From Lama guanicoe (Eukaryota), in the NCBI GenBank assembly GCA_013239625.1, contig MU054323.1:17426029-17490028 (forward strand): DNA of 64,000 nt, in the 5' to 3' direction. The translations under genes and the position numbers were made by a program. The number at the start of each line of letters is the position of its first letter. Within the stretch, counting starts at the first letter, position 1. A model generated the notes under the pieces. The model made no database searches. It was given only the letters and a program-made list of their open reading frames with translations, and was not told the DNA's origin. Of this stretch, positions 50,690-63,350 are shown piece by piece.

Positions 50690-51430
50690 CTAAGAAATGG
50701 CGATCTTCAGGGGTGTGCAGGTAAAAACCGTACATTAGCTCACTCGCGACGACAGGGAAGGTTAAGAGGCTGGACTTGATGACCTCCTCAACTCCGAGTC
50801 TCAGATTTGACCGCAGAGGTAAACAAGCCCTAGAAACATGGATTACAGTCTGGCTAGGCATGCTTAGCGGCCAGGGCAGGTTTTCACTAGTGTCGACGTC
50901 TTGGCCGCCGACTCAGAGCAAGCAGCTGAACTGAAAATACAGAGACTCTACACTTCTCAGCTGAGAGACATAAGAGTGTTGGACTCGGCGCCGCTAAGGT
51001 CAAGGAGCAACCAAGCCCCTCTACAGCGTTTGCTTATATCTCTTGGGCCAAATCAAAACACCTATGGGCGTGCTGCGAGAAAAGACGACCGTGGCAGACT
51101 CAGAAACCTGCTAGTGAAGACGCCAAAATTCCCCCCGGGCCCCTCAGCTTCAACCGCCGACTTTCGCCCCGCGCAGGCGCAGAGGTCCCGTCCGCGCCCG
51201 CCGTCGACTCTAACGAGCCAAGAGTCAGAGCGGACGTGACGCACGGGGGCGCGTCCAGGCGGACTAGACGAGGCCCGAGGAGGGCGCGTCCAGGAGGGCT
51301 AGCCGACTTCTGAGCGCGTCGAGTAGGAACCGGGTCAGCAGGGAAGGAGAGCAGGGCCGAGCGGCCGGCGTCGCGCCCCCCTACAGCTAGGAGTGCAGTT
51401 GTCCGCGCTTTGCCCTGCACCGCAAACGGA
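50690..51430. promoter_or_regulatory. Second (distal) CpG island, putative alternative or bidirectional promoter
   Basis: Locally CpG-rich, non-repeat sequence between two L2 remnants. CRE/ATF-like GACGTGACGCA at ~51233-51243; repeated GGGCGCGTCCAGG. Confidence 0.75.
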
Positions 51431-51439
51431 TGCAGCCAC

Positions 51440-51850
51440 AGAGTTCCCTGCCTGGCTGCAGCCACAGTGATCTTTCTGAAGCAAACTTGAGATTTAGTTA
51501 CTCTCCTGTTCAAGAGTCTCCACTGCCATCCCAGAATAAAGTCCAAAGTCCTTACCCTGGTATTCACGGCTTTGCACAATCGGGCTACTACTTGTCTTTC
51601 CAGCTATACCCCTCATTCAAATGAACGACTGTTGCCTCCTATAAACCCATCATTTCTATCTCCTGTTTCCTATCTATGCTGTTCTGTCTGCCTGGAATAA
51701 CCTTAACCGTTTTCCTTCAGTCCTACCCGCCAAAGCTTCACCCCACCTCCCATATAGATGCTCACTGTGGAACTCTAAGCCACGCTATCGCCCCCAGCTC
51801 AAATGCCACCTTTTCTCTGAAGTCTTTTTCAACCCCTATTCAGGATTCCT
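51440..51850 (+). mobile_element. L2 remnant
   Basis: cagaataaagtccaaagtcctta; ctgcctggaata; cagctcaaatgccacct. Confidence 0.65.
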
Positions 51851-53314
51851 CCCCTTAAACTTCAGAGTCCAATATGCATAAGAAACAGTAGTTACAGCCA
51901 TCAGCAAAGCTAAGGTCTCTTGCAGCAACATAATCCTCTCTTACTTCTTCTCACCATGTCTTTCTTCCCAATCTCTATTTTCAATTCCATTTCTCCAAAT
52001 AATATGTCCTCAGAAAATACACCAGAGAAAGTAGTGGCTGATAAAACCACTGGATACCCACCCTTTATCACCTCTGGTTAATACTTTGACTCTCTCTCTC
52101 TTTCTCTCTCAAACATGTTCGGGAGCAAGAAAGGTACAATTCAAATAAATGATCAAAAGCTCTCCAAGATATATGGAACTATTCCTGCCACTTCTTTTCC
52201 AGGATCCCTGCAGATTCCAGTTTTTTTCAAAAGTCTCTTTCCAGTTGATTCAAGTTGTAATGGCTCCTCAAACTGATCACACCTCAATCCAATGCACCAT
52301 TAATCAAATTCCCACAGAGTTTGTCATGACTTGATAAACTGGTTCTAGAATGTATATGGCATAGCAAAAAAAAAAAAATTTTTTTTCTTCTGTAAAAGAA
52401 CGAGGCAGGGGAATTTGTCCCACCAGTTATGAAGACTTATTATATAGTCACATTAATTAAAACAATGTAGTATCAGCACAAGAACAGACAAACAAACCAA
52501 TGGATCCATAGAAAGCCAAATGCATAGAAATTTGATTCATGACACAGCAAGCATTGCAGATGAATGAGAAAAGGGTATACTATTCAATAAATAAAATATG
52601 CACAATTGATAAATACATATAGAAAAAATGAAATTACATCTCTAATTCACATGCTATATAAAACAATCCCACGTGAATAAAAGACTTAAGTGTAAAACAC
52701 AAAATTATAATATTGTGAGAAGAAAATGAAGAATATCTTTACGAGCTCAAAGTAGAAAAGATTTCTTAAATAATGCACAAAAAACACAAACTATAAAGGA
52801 AAAGGTTGATAAAATTGACTGTATTAAAATTAAGGACATCTGTGAATCAAAATGTGCCATGAAAAAGTGAAAGGACACATCATTAAGTAGGAGAAAGTAG
52901 TTGCAAATCACATAACCAAAAAAGAATTAGTATCCAGAACAAGTATTTTACTTTAGAGGAAATAGTGATGGTTAGATGTTCAGATCACTAGTAATCATGG
53001 AAATGCAAGTTAAAACCATGATGAAATATTATTTTATGCCCATTGAATTGGCAAAAAATTAGAAGTTGAACAATACTAAATTTAGGTAAGGATATAAAGC
53101 TTTAAAATTCTTATCCACTGCTATGAGAAAACAGATGAGACAGTCACTTTAGATAACTATTTCTTTTCTTAAAATGTGAATATGGACAAGTCCCATATAA
53201 ACTGGTATAGATATATTCTCATAGTATATATATCCCAGAGGAAGTTCCTCAATGCTTTGTTATATCATAAATGGTAGGATGGGAAAATAAATTGTGTAGC
53301 AAAAATGAATGAAT

Positions 53315-53600
53315 TAGTTTGTGTCTATGTTCCTTCCAAAATTCATATGTTGAATCCCAGTCTCCAGTGTGATGGTGTTTGGAGGTGGGGTTTTGGGAAA
53401 GTGGCTAGGTCATGCAGGTGGATCCCTGATGAATAAGGTTAGTGGCAATATAAAAGAGACCACAGAGAGATCTCTCTCCTCTTCCACCATGTGAGGGCAA
53501 GAAAGAAGAGAGTTATCTATGAACCAGGAAGTGGGCTCTCACCAGACACTGAATCTGCAGGGTCTTGATCTTGGACTTCCCAGCCTCCAGAACTGCAAAA
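53315..53600 (+). mobile_element. MaLR LTR (MLT1A-like)
   Basis: aaattcatatgttgaa; ctctcaccagacactgaatctgc; ttgatcttggacttcccagcctccagaactg. Confidence 0.8.
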
Positions 53601-53769
53601 AAACCTTTAAATATAAAACTGATAATACATGCCTGTAAACCTCCAAAGAAAAAGAGAAAACAAACAAACAAACAAAAAACCACTGAGCAAGATGCAGGAA
53701 ACTACCCACTATATGATCTGTTATATAAAGTGCAAAAAACCAAGTGGAACGAAGCTGTATGTTATTTAT

Positions 53770-54252
53770 TGTGATACCCAATCTCTAAGATGGCCCTATG
53801 AGCCTTACCTCCTGGTATTTCTGCCCTGGTATTGATACCACTCCCATTTTGAATAGACAATCCTATACAATAGCCAATCTGCAAAAATAAGATTTTGCAG
53901 AAATTATGTATGTGGCTTCAGAGGTGAAGTCTTAAAAGACGTTGTGACTTTAGTTTCTTTCTCTTTCTCAGACATGATGCTGGGAGAAATCACTGTTATG
54001 TTGTGAGGACACTTAAGCAACCCTATGGGAGAACTTCCTGGAAATAGACCCCTTACCCCCAGTAAAGACTTCAGATGCCTGAAATCTGGTTAATGTTTTG
54101 ACTGCAACCTTTTTAGAAATTCTGAGCCAGAAGCACTCAGATAATCCATTTCTAAATCCTTGACTCTCAGAAACTAAGAGATAATAAATGTGTGCTGTGT
54201 TAAGCCATTAAGTTTTAGGATAGCATGTTATGCAACATTAGAAAACTAGTAT
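53770..54252 (+). mobile_element. MaLR LTR (MLT1F-like)
   Basis: tctaagatggccc; ttgactgcaacct; agataataaatgtgtg ... ttaagccattaagtttt. Confidence 0.75.
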
Positions 54253-55109
54253 TTTTATGGATATATACATAAGTGGTAAAATCATAACAAAATATTAAAA
54301 ATAATACTGAATTCATAATGGTGGTCATGAATACTGAATTCTTAATGGTGGTCATGGGGAGATCTTTAAAATATATTATGAATTGTAGAAAAAAATAGTG
54401 TAGAACAGTGTTTGCAACTGGGAAAGTTTTATATAAGGTTCTACTGAGATCCTGGTAATGTTCTATTTCTAACCTGAGTAGTAGGTACACAGCTGTTCAT
54501 CTAATTTTTAAATTTAAACATATACACTCTTTGTTGTACCTATAATATGTTACAAACACAGAGTACACACAGAGGGCGGGTGATGGCTACAATGGGCCAA
54601 CACACAGAGAACAAAGTGGATTCATAGACAATTCTGAACTGACTGTGACGGTCTCAGAAATGCACTCAAGAAATAAAATCTGCCTGCTCTTTATCACAGA
54701 TCAAAGTTGGAAGAGGCTAGAAGTAAACACAAGTAGGCAGCAGTTTAAAGACAAACGATATGGAGCATCTATACTGACTGTCAGTTTCCCTCTCCTCTTC
54801 CTCTCCTCGGCAGCAAAATGCTAACATTTCTACAGTTTCTCAGTCTCAGACACTAAGAGCTGGACGGGCAAGTGAGCAGTGAGAATCAGAGCTACATTTT
54901 GGGTTTAACTCAGGTCAGCCAACTGAAGTCCTCTATTGCTCTTTGTTGCCGTAAGCAAATGACTTAGTATCTATTATAACACCTTGTGTAATTTGTGTCC
55001 AGAGGAAGTAATCTCATCAGTCAAGCAGGCACCGTGTAAGGAGTTCAATACCTGAATATGAGGAACTATGGTACCATGATATGTCATGCAAAGATACTCA
55101 AAAGTTAGT

Positions 55110-58100
55110 TTAAAAAAATAAATTGATATTTAAAAATTTGAATAAGTGATACATTCACATGATTCATAGTGTCTATTTCACCTTGCCCACCAACTATAGT
55201 GCATCCCCCGAATTCCCAAGCAGGTAACCATTTTTATTAGTTTCTTTTATATTCCTCCAGAGTTTCTCAATGCAAACACAAATATAATATTTTAACAGAA
55301 AAGTTTCAAAAACAGCACAATATACTTCTCATGCAGATTCACCAATTTTTAGCATTTTGCAACATTTACTGTATCATTTCCTCTCAGTCTCTGTCTCTCT
55401 GTCTCTATCCTTGTCTCTTTATACATGTATACACACATACATACATAAGTGTACGTATAATATTTCTTCAGAATTACTTGAGATCAACTTGCACACATCA
55501 TTTCCCTTTACCCCAAACATTTAAGGGACTCAGCGTGCATTTCCCAAGAATAAGGACTTTTATTTGTAACCATTGTAAAATTATTAAATTCAGAAAGCTA
55601 ACATAGATACAATATTATCATCGGATCTGCAGACTTTATTCAGTTTTCACCAATTGTCCCTAAAATGTTCTTTGTAGAGATAGCTTTTCCTGGTCTAGGA
55701 TCCAATGCAGATCATATACCGCATTTAGTTTTCATGTCTCTTTAGTTTCCTCTAATCTGGAATAGTTCCTCAGTCTTTCTTCATCTTTCATGGTAATGAT
55801 GTTTCTTAAGATGACAGGCCATTTTGCCTGATACTGTCCCTCAATATGGGTTTGTCTGATGTTTTCCCTTAAGATTTACATTTCTGTGTTTTGGATAGGA
55901 ATAGTACTGAAGCATGGTATCCTGAGTATATCACATCACGGGGAGCACAATGACAGTATGTCCCATCATTAGTGATGCTAACTTTGATTACTTGATTAAG
56001 GTGGAGTCGATCAAGTTTCTCCAAAGTAAAGTTGTTTTCACCCTTTGTAATTAATTAGTAACTTGAACAAATATATATTGTTTTTAAAAACTGCTTCATT
56101 GGGATATAGTTCACATACTATACAATTCACCATTTAAAGCATTCAAATCGATGTTTTAAAGTATATTCACAGAGTTGTGCAACCATCACCACAATCAATT
56201 TTGGAATATTTTTATTAACCCCCCCCCAAAAAAACTTCACATCCATTAGCAGTCATTCCTCACTTCTTCACAACCTCCCCCAACTCCAGGCAACCAATAA
56301 GCTACTTCCAGCCTCCATAGATTTGCCTATTCCATAGAGTTCAAATAAACGGAATCATACGAAATATGGACTTTTGTGACTGGCTTCTTTCACTTAGCAT
56401 AAATGTCTTCAAGTTTTCTTGATTTTACAACATATATCCATTTTTTATTTCTTTTATTGTCAAATACTATTTCACTGTACGGTAATAACCACATTTTGTT
56501 TATCCATTCATCAGTTGATGACCATCTGGGTTACTTTCACTTTTTAACTCTACCGAATAATGCTATTATGAACATTCTTGTGCAAGTTTTTATGCAAACA
56601 CGTGTTTCCATTTGTCCTGGGTATGTATCTAGGAGTGGAATTGCTGGGGCATATGGTAACCCTTTGTTTAACCTTTTGAAGAACTGCCAGACTGTTTTCC
56701 AAAGTGGTTGCATCATTTTACATTTCAACCAGCGACGTATGGTTATAATTTCGCCATATTCTCACCACACTTGTTATTGCCTATTTTTCTTATCATAGAC
56801 ATCCTAGTAGATACGAAGCTGTATGTCATTGTTCTTTTGATTTGCATTTCCCTGATGACTAATGATACTGAGTATCTTTTCATGTGCTTATTGGCCATTC
56901 ATATATCTTTTTCGGAGAAATGTCTGTTCAGATACTCTGCTCAGTCTTTAATTGGGTTATTTGTCTTTTTGCTATTGAGTTGTAAATGTTCTCTGTATAT
57001 TCTGGATACAAACTCCTTATCAGATACATGATTTGCAGACATTTTCCCTCATTTTGTGGGTTATCTTTTGACCTTCTTGATGTGTCCTTTGAAGAACAAA
57101 AGTTTCTGACTTGCTTAAGTCTAATTTATTGATTTTTGTTGTCTCTGCTTATGCTTTTGGTATAATATCTTAAAACACTTTGCCTAACCCAAAGTCATGA
57201 AGATTTATAAAATTCCCTAGGAGTTTTATAGCTTCAACTCTTACATTTAGGTTTATGATTCATTTTGAGTAAACTTTTGTGTGCGGTGTGAAGAAGAGAT
57301 CTAATTTCATTCTTTCACAGATGGGTATCCAGTTGCCCCAGGACCGTTTATTGAAAAGTAGATTTCTTTTCCCACTGAGTTGTCTTGATGTTATTATTGA
57401 AAGTTAATTGACATAAATGTCAGAGCTTGTTTTTGGACTCTGAATTCTATTCCATCAATTTATTTATCTAACCTTATTGCCAGTGCCACACTGTCTAGAT
57501 TACTGTACTTTGTAGTAAATTTTGAAGTAAGGAAGTGTGTGTCTTTTAAAAGTGTTCTTCTTTTTCAAGATTGTTTAGGCTGGGTCCCTTACAATTCTAT
57601 ATGAATTATATGATCAGCTTGTCAATTTTTGCAAAAAAGGAAAGTTGGATTTTGATAGGGATTGCATTGAATCTGTAGATCATTTTAGTGAGTATTGTCA
57701 TCTTAACAATATTGACTTCTCTGATGAATGAACATGAGCTGTCTTTCCATTCATATAGGTCTTCTTTAATTTTTTTCAATAATGTTTTGTAGTTTTCACA
57801 GTAAAAGTTTTGTATTTCTTCTGTTAAATGTATTCCTAAATATCTTATTCTTTTCGATCCTATTGTAAATGGCTGTATTCTTAATATTATTGTGAGATTG
57901 TTTATTGGTGCTATATAGAAATACAATTGATTTTTTAATATTTAATATCTTGCAACATTGCTAAACTCATTTATTATATCTAAAAATATATACTTACATT
58001 TCTGCTTTGATTGTAGCAAACACTGTTTTGCATCTTTTTTCTACACTTAATGATTTATCTTAAAAAATTTTCCAAATCCATGCATAGAGAACACACTCAT

Positions 58101-58320
58101 GTTTTTATGGTATAGAATTCTATTAGACAGATGTACAATAATTTATTAGTCTCCTTCTGAGGGACTTTTGTTTTTTTTCTAACCTGTGATTATAAACGGT
58201 GGTGAAATAAGTAAAATTATTTTGCCTGTGTTGAAGTATATATGAAGATAAATCCTCTGAAGAAGGACTGTTGGGCCAATGGGAAAGTAGATTTATAATT
58301 TTGATAAATATTGACAAACT
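55110..58320 (-). mobile_element. Stack of old minus-strand L1s (L1ME-like host, L1MC4-like 3' end ~55290-56065, L1MB-like ~56080-57980)
   Basis: Minus-strand ORF2 peptides [15 protein letters not shown] and [10 protein letters not shown]; distinct 3' UTRs. Confidence 0.75.
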
Positions 58321-58934
58321 AGAGGGCTAGTTGTTCAATGTTCTTAATGCATTTTAGGGTGCTCATTAGGAGTGGTATAGTAATAATAAGCAAAAGAAAA
58401 AAATTTTAGTTACCTAATAGTGACTATTGCTATTATGTTAATATCTATAATGACTATAAAACAGTGTTTTGAGTTTCTCTGAAGTCATACCTCATGCCTT
58501 GAGGTGGTAATGCTTTCTGAACTACGTAAGACAAGTGATTTTTAAAATACTATTGTCTTATTTCATGTTCATTCAGTAAATCATGTAGCTTAATTACAGA
58601 TAAATATATTCCACAATAAATCTGCTGTCAGTTCTTTGTATATCAGGGCTGTACCCCACTGAGAGCTCAGATGATCTGCCAGACTAGTGGAGTTACTCTA
58701 GATTTTACTAGATAAACACACATGACCTACAAAATGCCTGTTTTCTTCCAAGTATTTCAATAAAGCAAATGACAGAGCCAGTCAGACCAAGTGGTCAGCT
58801 GGCATTTCTTAAAACCTGATGTCATTTATAGGTTACACACCCATATCATTTTTAAAAAAATATGAAATTGTAAGGAAGCAGCACATTATTTGTTTTGTAT
58901 GTAACACTGATGCTAACTTGTTGTGGCAAACATG

Positions 58935-59320
58935 AAGATGCTGTGTAGTTCAGATGCCCCTTCAAGAAAGGACTTATTGCCACCTGTAAGGATTGTGCAG
59001 TTAGCTGGCAGTCTCTTTCAGCTTTCGAGCCAAGGTCACACTCTACTTGAAGTGGCCCCAATCAATGACTCAGCAAGATAGTGAAACTTTTAAAAGACTA
59101 GCAACTTCCAGCCAATGCAGAACTCCTCTAGTGGGCAGTCTTTGCTCTGGAACTCCCCATTGCGACAGCTGAGTTGTTGGCTGATCTGCACTCTGGTCTG
59201 ATGGCTTCTCTGCCCAGATGTGCTTCCTCCTTTTCCTTTCACAGATATTATTCCTCAATAAACCTCTTGCACTCTTAACTTCATCTCACTTTCTGCTTCC
59301 CAGCAGACCCAAATGATGCA
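58935..59320 (+). mobile_element. ERVL LTR (LTR16A-like)
   Basis: gttcagatgccccttc ... ctcaataaacctcttgcac ... ctgcttcccagcagaccc. Confidence 0.7.
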
Positions 59321-60884
59321 TTTGTATATGAAATTGTTTTATAGGACATTAACTGATATCTTTAATCATGATGCATCCACATGAAGCTGTTCAAATTCAT
59401 TGATTTTAGAAATACATCTATAATTTTCAAAACTGATTCCTTTCTCATAATAGGTATAGAAATTGATATAGCTCTGAATCTCTAAGAGCTTGCAGTTTAC
59501 CCTAATTTTTGCTTATGGTCCTTAAACAGAGTTTACTTATGATAAATATAGCTAAGCATCCAGACTTTCTCAGATCTCTTCTACTTTGACTGCTTCTATC
59601 AGAGACAATCGCTTCATTTTTTTGGCCAAGAAACTTCTCTGAAAAAAGAAAGAGAAAGAAAACAAATAGAAAAACAAAATAACATATCTCCTCATCCCTT
59701 GTGCAACACTTCATTTCCCTAAATCTTTGAAAATTCTCATACATGCATGATTTATGAAGAGAATGCCAGGAGCACAGTTTCATACGGATTATATTAAAAC
59801 TTTCTCTCCCTGAGGCAGAAGCATTGCTGCTTCAGAATTGTTTTCCTCTTAACCTCCTTTGTCTAAAAACGAAAAAAAGTTGCCTTGATTTATGGTGTGT
59901 TTTTGTTTTTTTAACTCTAACATGGATGTTAAAACAACAAAACCTTGGGATGGAAAACAACAATAACAAAGAAAAGAAGAATTGAATTTTAATGTGCTCA
60001 GCTGATCAGGCAAAAACAGGTTTTCTTATGACAGAGACTTCAGTGGGAGCAGTTCTCATGAAGTATTTTGTTATAATATTCCTTTTAGCCGTTTATTGGT
60101 TTTAGTTAGGAGAATGTGGAACATATTCTGAAGGTGAAACAAAGAAGAAAAGGGCTGAAATGGAACTTGTGTGCTGAGTAGGTCTAGCACATTTCTTGTA
60201 CATTGATTCCTACTTCTTGTTAACCTTTATTGTCATTTGGAATCGGATTTAAAAATTACATTCCTAACTGATTATTGTTGGCTTAAAGAGAAAGCATTAG
60301 TTTTCATTTTTTAAAAATATAGTTGTCTTCAATCTGACTACCTTATTTAACTCTTTCATTAGTTCCAATAGTTTTCCTTAAAAAACTCCGTGTCTTTGGT
60401 TCTCTCTGTTTACACTCAGTTTATATGTAAAACTGTGATGATTTTGCCTCCAGGCTTTGCATAAAGGTGGGAGGAGCGGGACCCGGGAAACTCCTGGACC
60501 CCATAACCACTCTGCCTTGACCAAAATTAGAAATGCTGCCACCATCTGATGTTGAAAAGCTGCTGAATCCAGAAGTCATCTGCCAAACAAATAAGCCACT
60601 GCTCCAGGGACTGGCTCCAGAACCTTGCCACCTCTGCCACAGCCTGCACCAACAAAGCAAATACTCTGCACACTGCCTCTCTCCACGGGGGACACAGGTC
60701 CAAAGCAAAGCCTCCCCTGAGTGCTTCTGTTTGATGGGAGGACCCAAATCCCATTTGAGCCCCAGCCACAAGAGAGCCTGGGAAATCGTTTGTTCCGCTT
60801 CCATCTGTGCATTTATTCTAGAGCCTATCAACATGCAGTATCTGCCACCATATTCTTTAGCAGAGCTAGAAAGTTTCCTTCTAT

Positions 60885-61415
60885 TTCTTTTTTTCAATTG
60901 TGATACAATACCTATACATAAAACTGACCGTTTACCATTTTTAAGTGCATAGGTCAGTAGTGTTAAGTACATTCACATTATTGTGCAATTAGTCTCCAAA
61001 ACTCCTTTCATCTTGCCAAACTGAGACTCTGTACCCATTCAGTAATTACTCCCCATTTCCCTTTCCCCCAGCCCCTGGCAACCATCATTCTACTTTTTAT
61101 TTCTATGAATTTCACCCCTCTAGTTACCTTATATAAGTAGAATCATACAGTATTTGTCTTTTTGTGCTGACTTATTTCACTTAGCATAATGAGTTCAAAG
61201 TTCATCCATGTTGTAGCATGTGTCAGAATTCCCTTCCTTTTTTTTTTTTAAGCTGAATGGTATTCCATTGTATGTATACACTGCATTTTGTTTATTTGTT
61301 CTCCAGGCAGTGGACACTTGGGTTCCTCCCACCTCTTGGCCATTGTGCTACTATGAACACAGATGTGCAAATATCTCTTTAAGACTATTTTTTCAATTAT
61401 TTTGGATATATACCC
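60885..61415 (-). mobile_element. L1MB-like 3' end
   Basis: ccccagcccctggcaaccatcattctacttt; cttatttcacttagcataatg. Confidence 0.85.
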
Positions 61416-61493
61416 ATCCTTCTATTCTCTTTGATTTAAGAGCTTTAAAAAGGCAAGGAATGGCTGCCTTTGATCAAATAATTTTTCAATATC

Positions 61494-62032
61494 TGTAGCA
61501 GATTATGTTTTAAAAGATTATCTCCCATCCCACATCCTTGGCACTTTTTCCATTGAGTTGTGGGGTTTATATCATCTCACCTTGAACCTGGAAAAATCTT
61601 TGTGAGTGCCTGGACAAATAGAGTATGGCAGAAGTGACACTATGTTACTTTTGAGACTGGATCATAAAAATACCATATTTCTGCCTTCTCTTAGAATGCT
61701 CACTTTCGGAACCCATCAGTCATGCTGTGAGAAAGTACCTGGCGAAGCACGTGTAAGTTTTCCAGCTGACAGCCAGCTGAGGTCCCAGCCAATAGCCAGC
61801 ATCAAGTGCCCAACGAGTGAGGACACTTCCAGATGATTCTGTCCCTCAGTCATCAAGTCACCCCAGCCTTGGAGTCTCCCCAGCCAGGCTCTGGACATTG
61901 TGGAGCAGAGATAAACTGCCCCTGCTGGGCTCTGTCCTGATTACTGACCCTCAGAATCTATGAGTGTAGCAAGACAATTTTATGTCATGAAGTTTTGGGG
62001 TGGCTTCTTACACAGCAGTAGATAACTGATAC
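61494..62032 (+). mobile_element. MaLR LTR (MLT1G/H-like)
   Basis: gagtatggcagaagtgac; gaggtcccagccaatagccagcatcaa; cagcagtagataactgata. Confidence 0.75.
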
Positions 62033-62780
62033 CATATCTAATGATAGGATGGTCTGGTTAGTCTTCTTTCATTTGTTGATGTAATAATATTTAAGCACTC
62101 GTGAATTCCTAGAATAAACTGTTTTTGCTCATGCTGTATTATTCTGTTAATAAACTTCTGGGTTTAGTTTGCTAATGGAAGGGAGATAAATAATTATTAT
62201 TTTAAAACAAAATTGGCCTTAACTGCTTTTGCCACCTAAGGAGAAAGGTAACATAATTCATACCAGAAGTGGAGTAAACATTTATACTGCTCCCTTGCGT
62301 TTTCAGGGAAGTCTCCTTCTGTCTTGTCTTCTTCCCTTATTTAGCTTAAACTCCATGATTATCACTATGATCACTCCCTTGAAAATACTTTGCATTGCCT
62401 TGCCTCTCTCCCTTTACCACTCTTGCCTTGCAATAAGTCCAGCCTCAGATAACTCCAACCAGCCACTAGTTCTGTGCCTGCACATCGCACTTGAGCTGTG
62501 CTAGAGAACCACACAACTGCACAGCCGGTGTCACCTTCGTTTCACCATCGCAAGCCTCTAAAGGTCACTCACTATCGCCAAGAAGTCTGCTGAGTCTCTT
62601 GTAAACTCTATCAATCTTCACAACACCTAACTGACACCTTTCCCTCTTTTCTTACAGTTTAGTTCTCCTACCCATTTCCACCTCCCTTTTGCTCTTAATT
62701 TTGACTTTTATTTCATTAAGAAAATCAAAACCATCAACCTGGTGTTCCCTCATTTTGCCATATCTTTTTTCTTCATTTTT

Positions 62781-63079
62781 TAAAAAATTGAAGTATAGTT
62801 GATTTACACTGTTGTGTCAGTTTCTGGTGTACAGCTTAGTGATTCAATTATATATTCTTTTTCATTATAGGTTATTACAAAATATTGAATATAGTTCCCT
62901 GTGCTATACAGTAGGACCTTGTCGTTTATCTATTTTAAATATGGTAGTTTGTATCTGCTGATCCTAAACTCCCAATTTATCCCTTCCCTCCCCTTTCCCC
63001 TTTGGTAAATATAAGTTTGTTTTGTGCCTCTGTAAGCCTGTTTCTGTTCGGTAAATGAGTTCATTTGTATCATCTTTTC
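62781..63079 (-). mobile_element. Camelid/artiodactyl L1 3' fragment inside an L2 remnant
   Basis: ttgaagtatagttgatttaca ... atagttccctgtgctatacagtagg; TSD CTTCATTTTT (62771-62780 / 63080-63089). Confidence 0.85.
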
Positions 63080-63159
63080 CTTCATTTTTAACACACAGAT
63101 CGTGCTCTATTACCCTGAGCTTCTGCTCTCGAAGAACTGGTTTGGCTATGGTCAAAAGA

Positions 63160-63350
63160 AACTAACATTTTTTTGAGCATTTCCAACGTCCCAGTTACCT
63201 TATATTTTGGTGTATGAAGCAGGTGTTAGTATTCCCACTTTTCTGAGGAGAAAACTGAGGCTCAGCCAGTTTGAGCAGGCTGCCCTATCTCACCCAGGGC
63301 AGAGAAGTGGGCCAACTCCAAGGCCAGCACTTGTTTCATCCACCCCAGTT
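63160..63350 (-). mobile_element. MIR
   Basis: tgaggagaaaactgaggctcag core. Confidence 0.65.

Larger units (their letters stand above)
52290..54540 (+). mobile_element. Ancient L1 (L1ME-like) interrupted by two MaLR LTRs
   Basis: gaaatgcaagttaaaacca and attctatttctaacctgagt-type motifs. Confidence 0.6.

Noticed and set aside
50670..50861. Minus-strand ATG ORFs as an alternative coding first exon of SOS1
   Set aside because: ATG 50861 to the donor at 50744 is 118 nt (out of phase with exon 2), and ATG 50839 hits TGA after 12 codons.
60421..60972. 183-aa (-) and 139-aa (+) ORFs as a novel gene
   Set aside because: No recognisable domain; the sequence resembles a decayed MaLR-type LTR (agccacaagagagcctgggaaa) and runs into an L1 tail.
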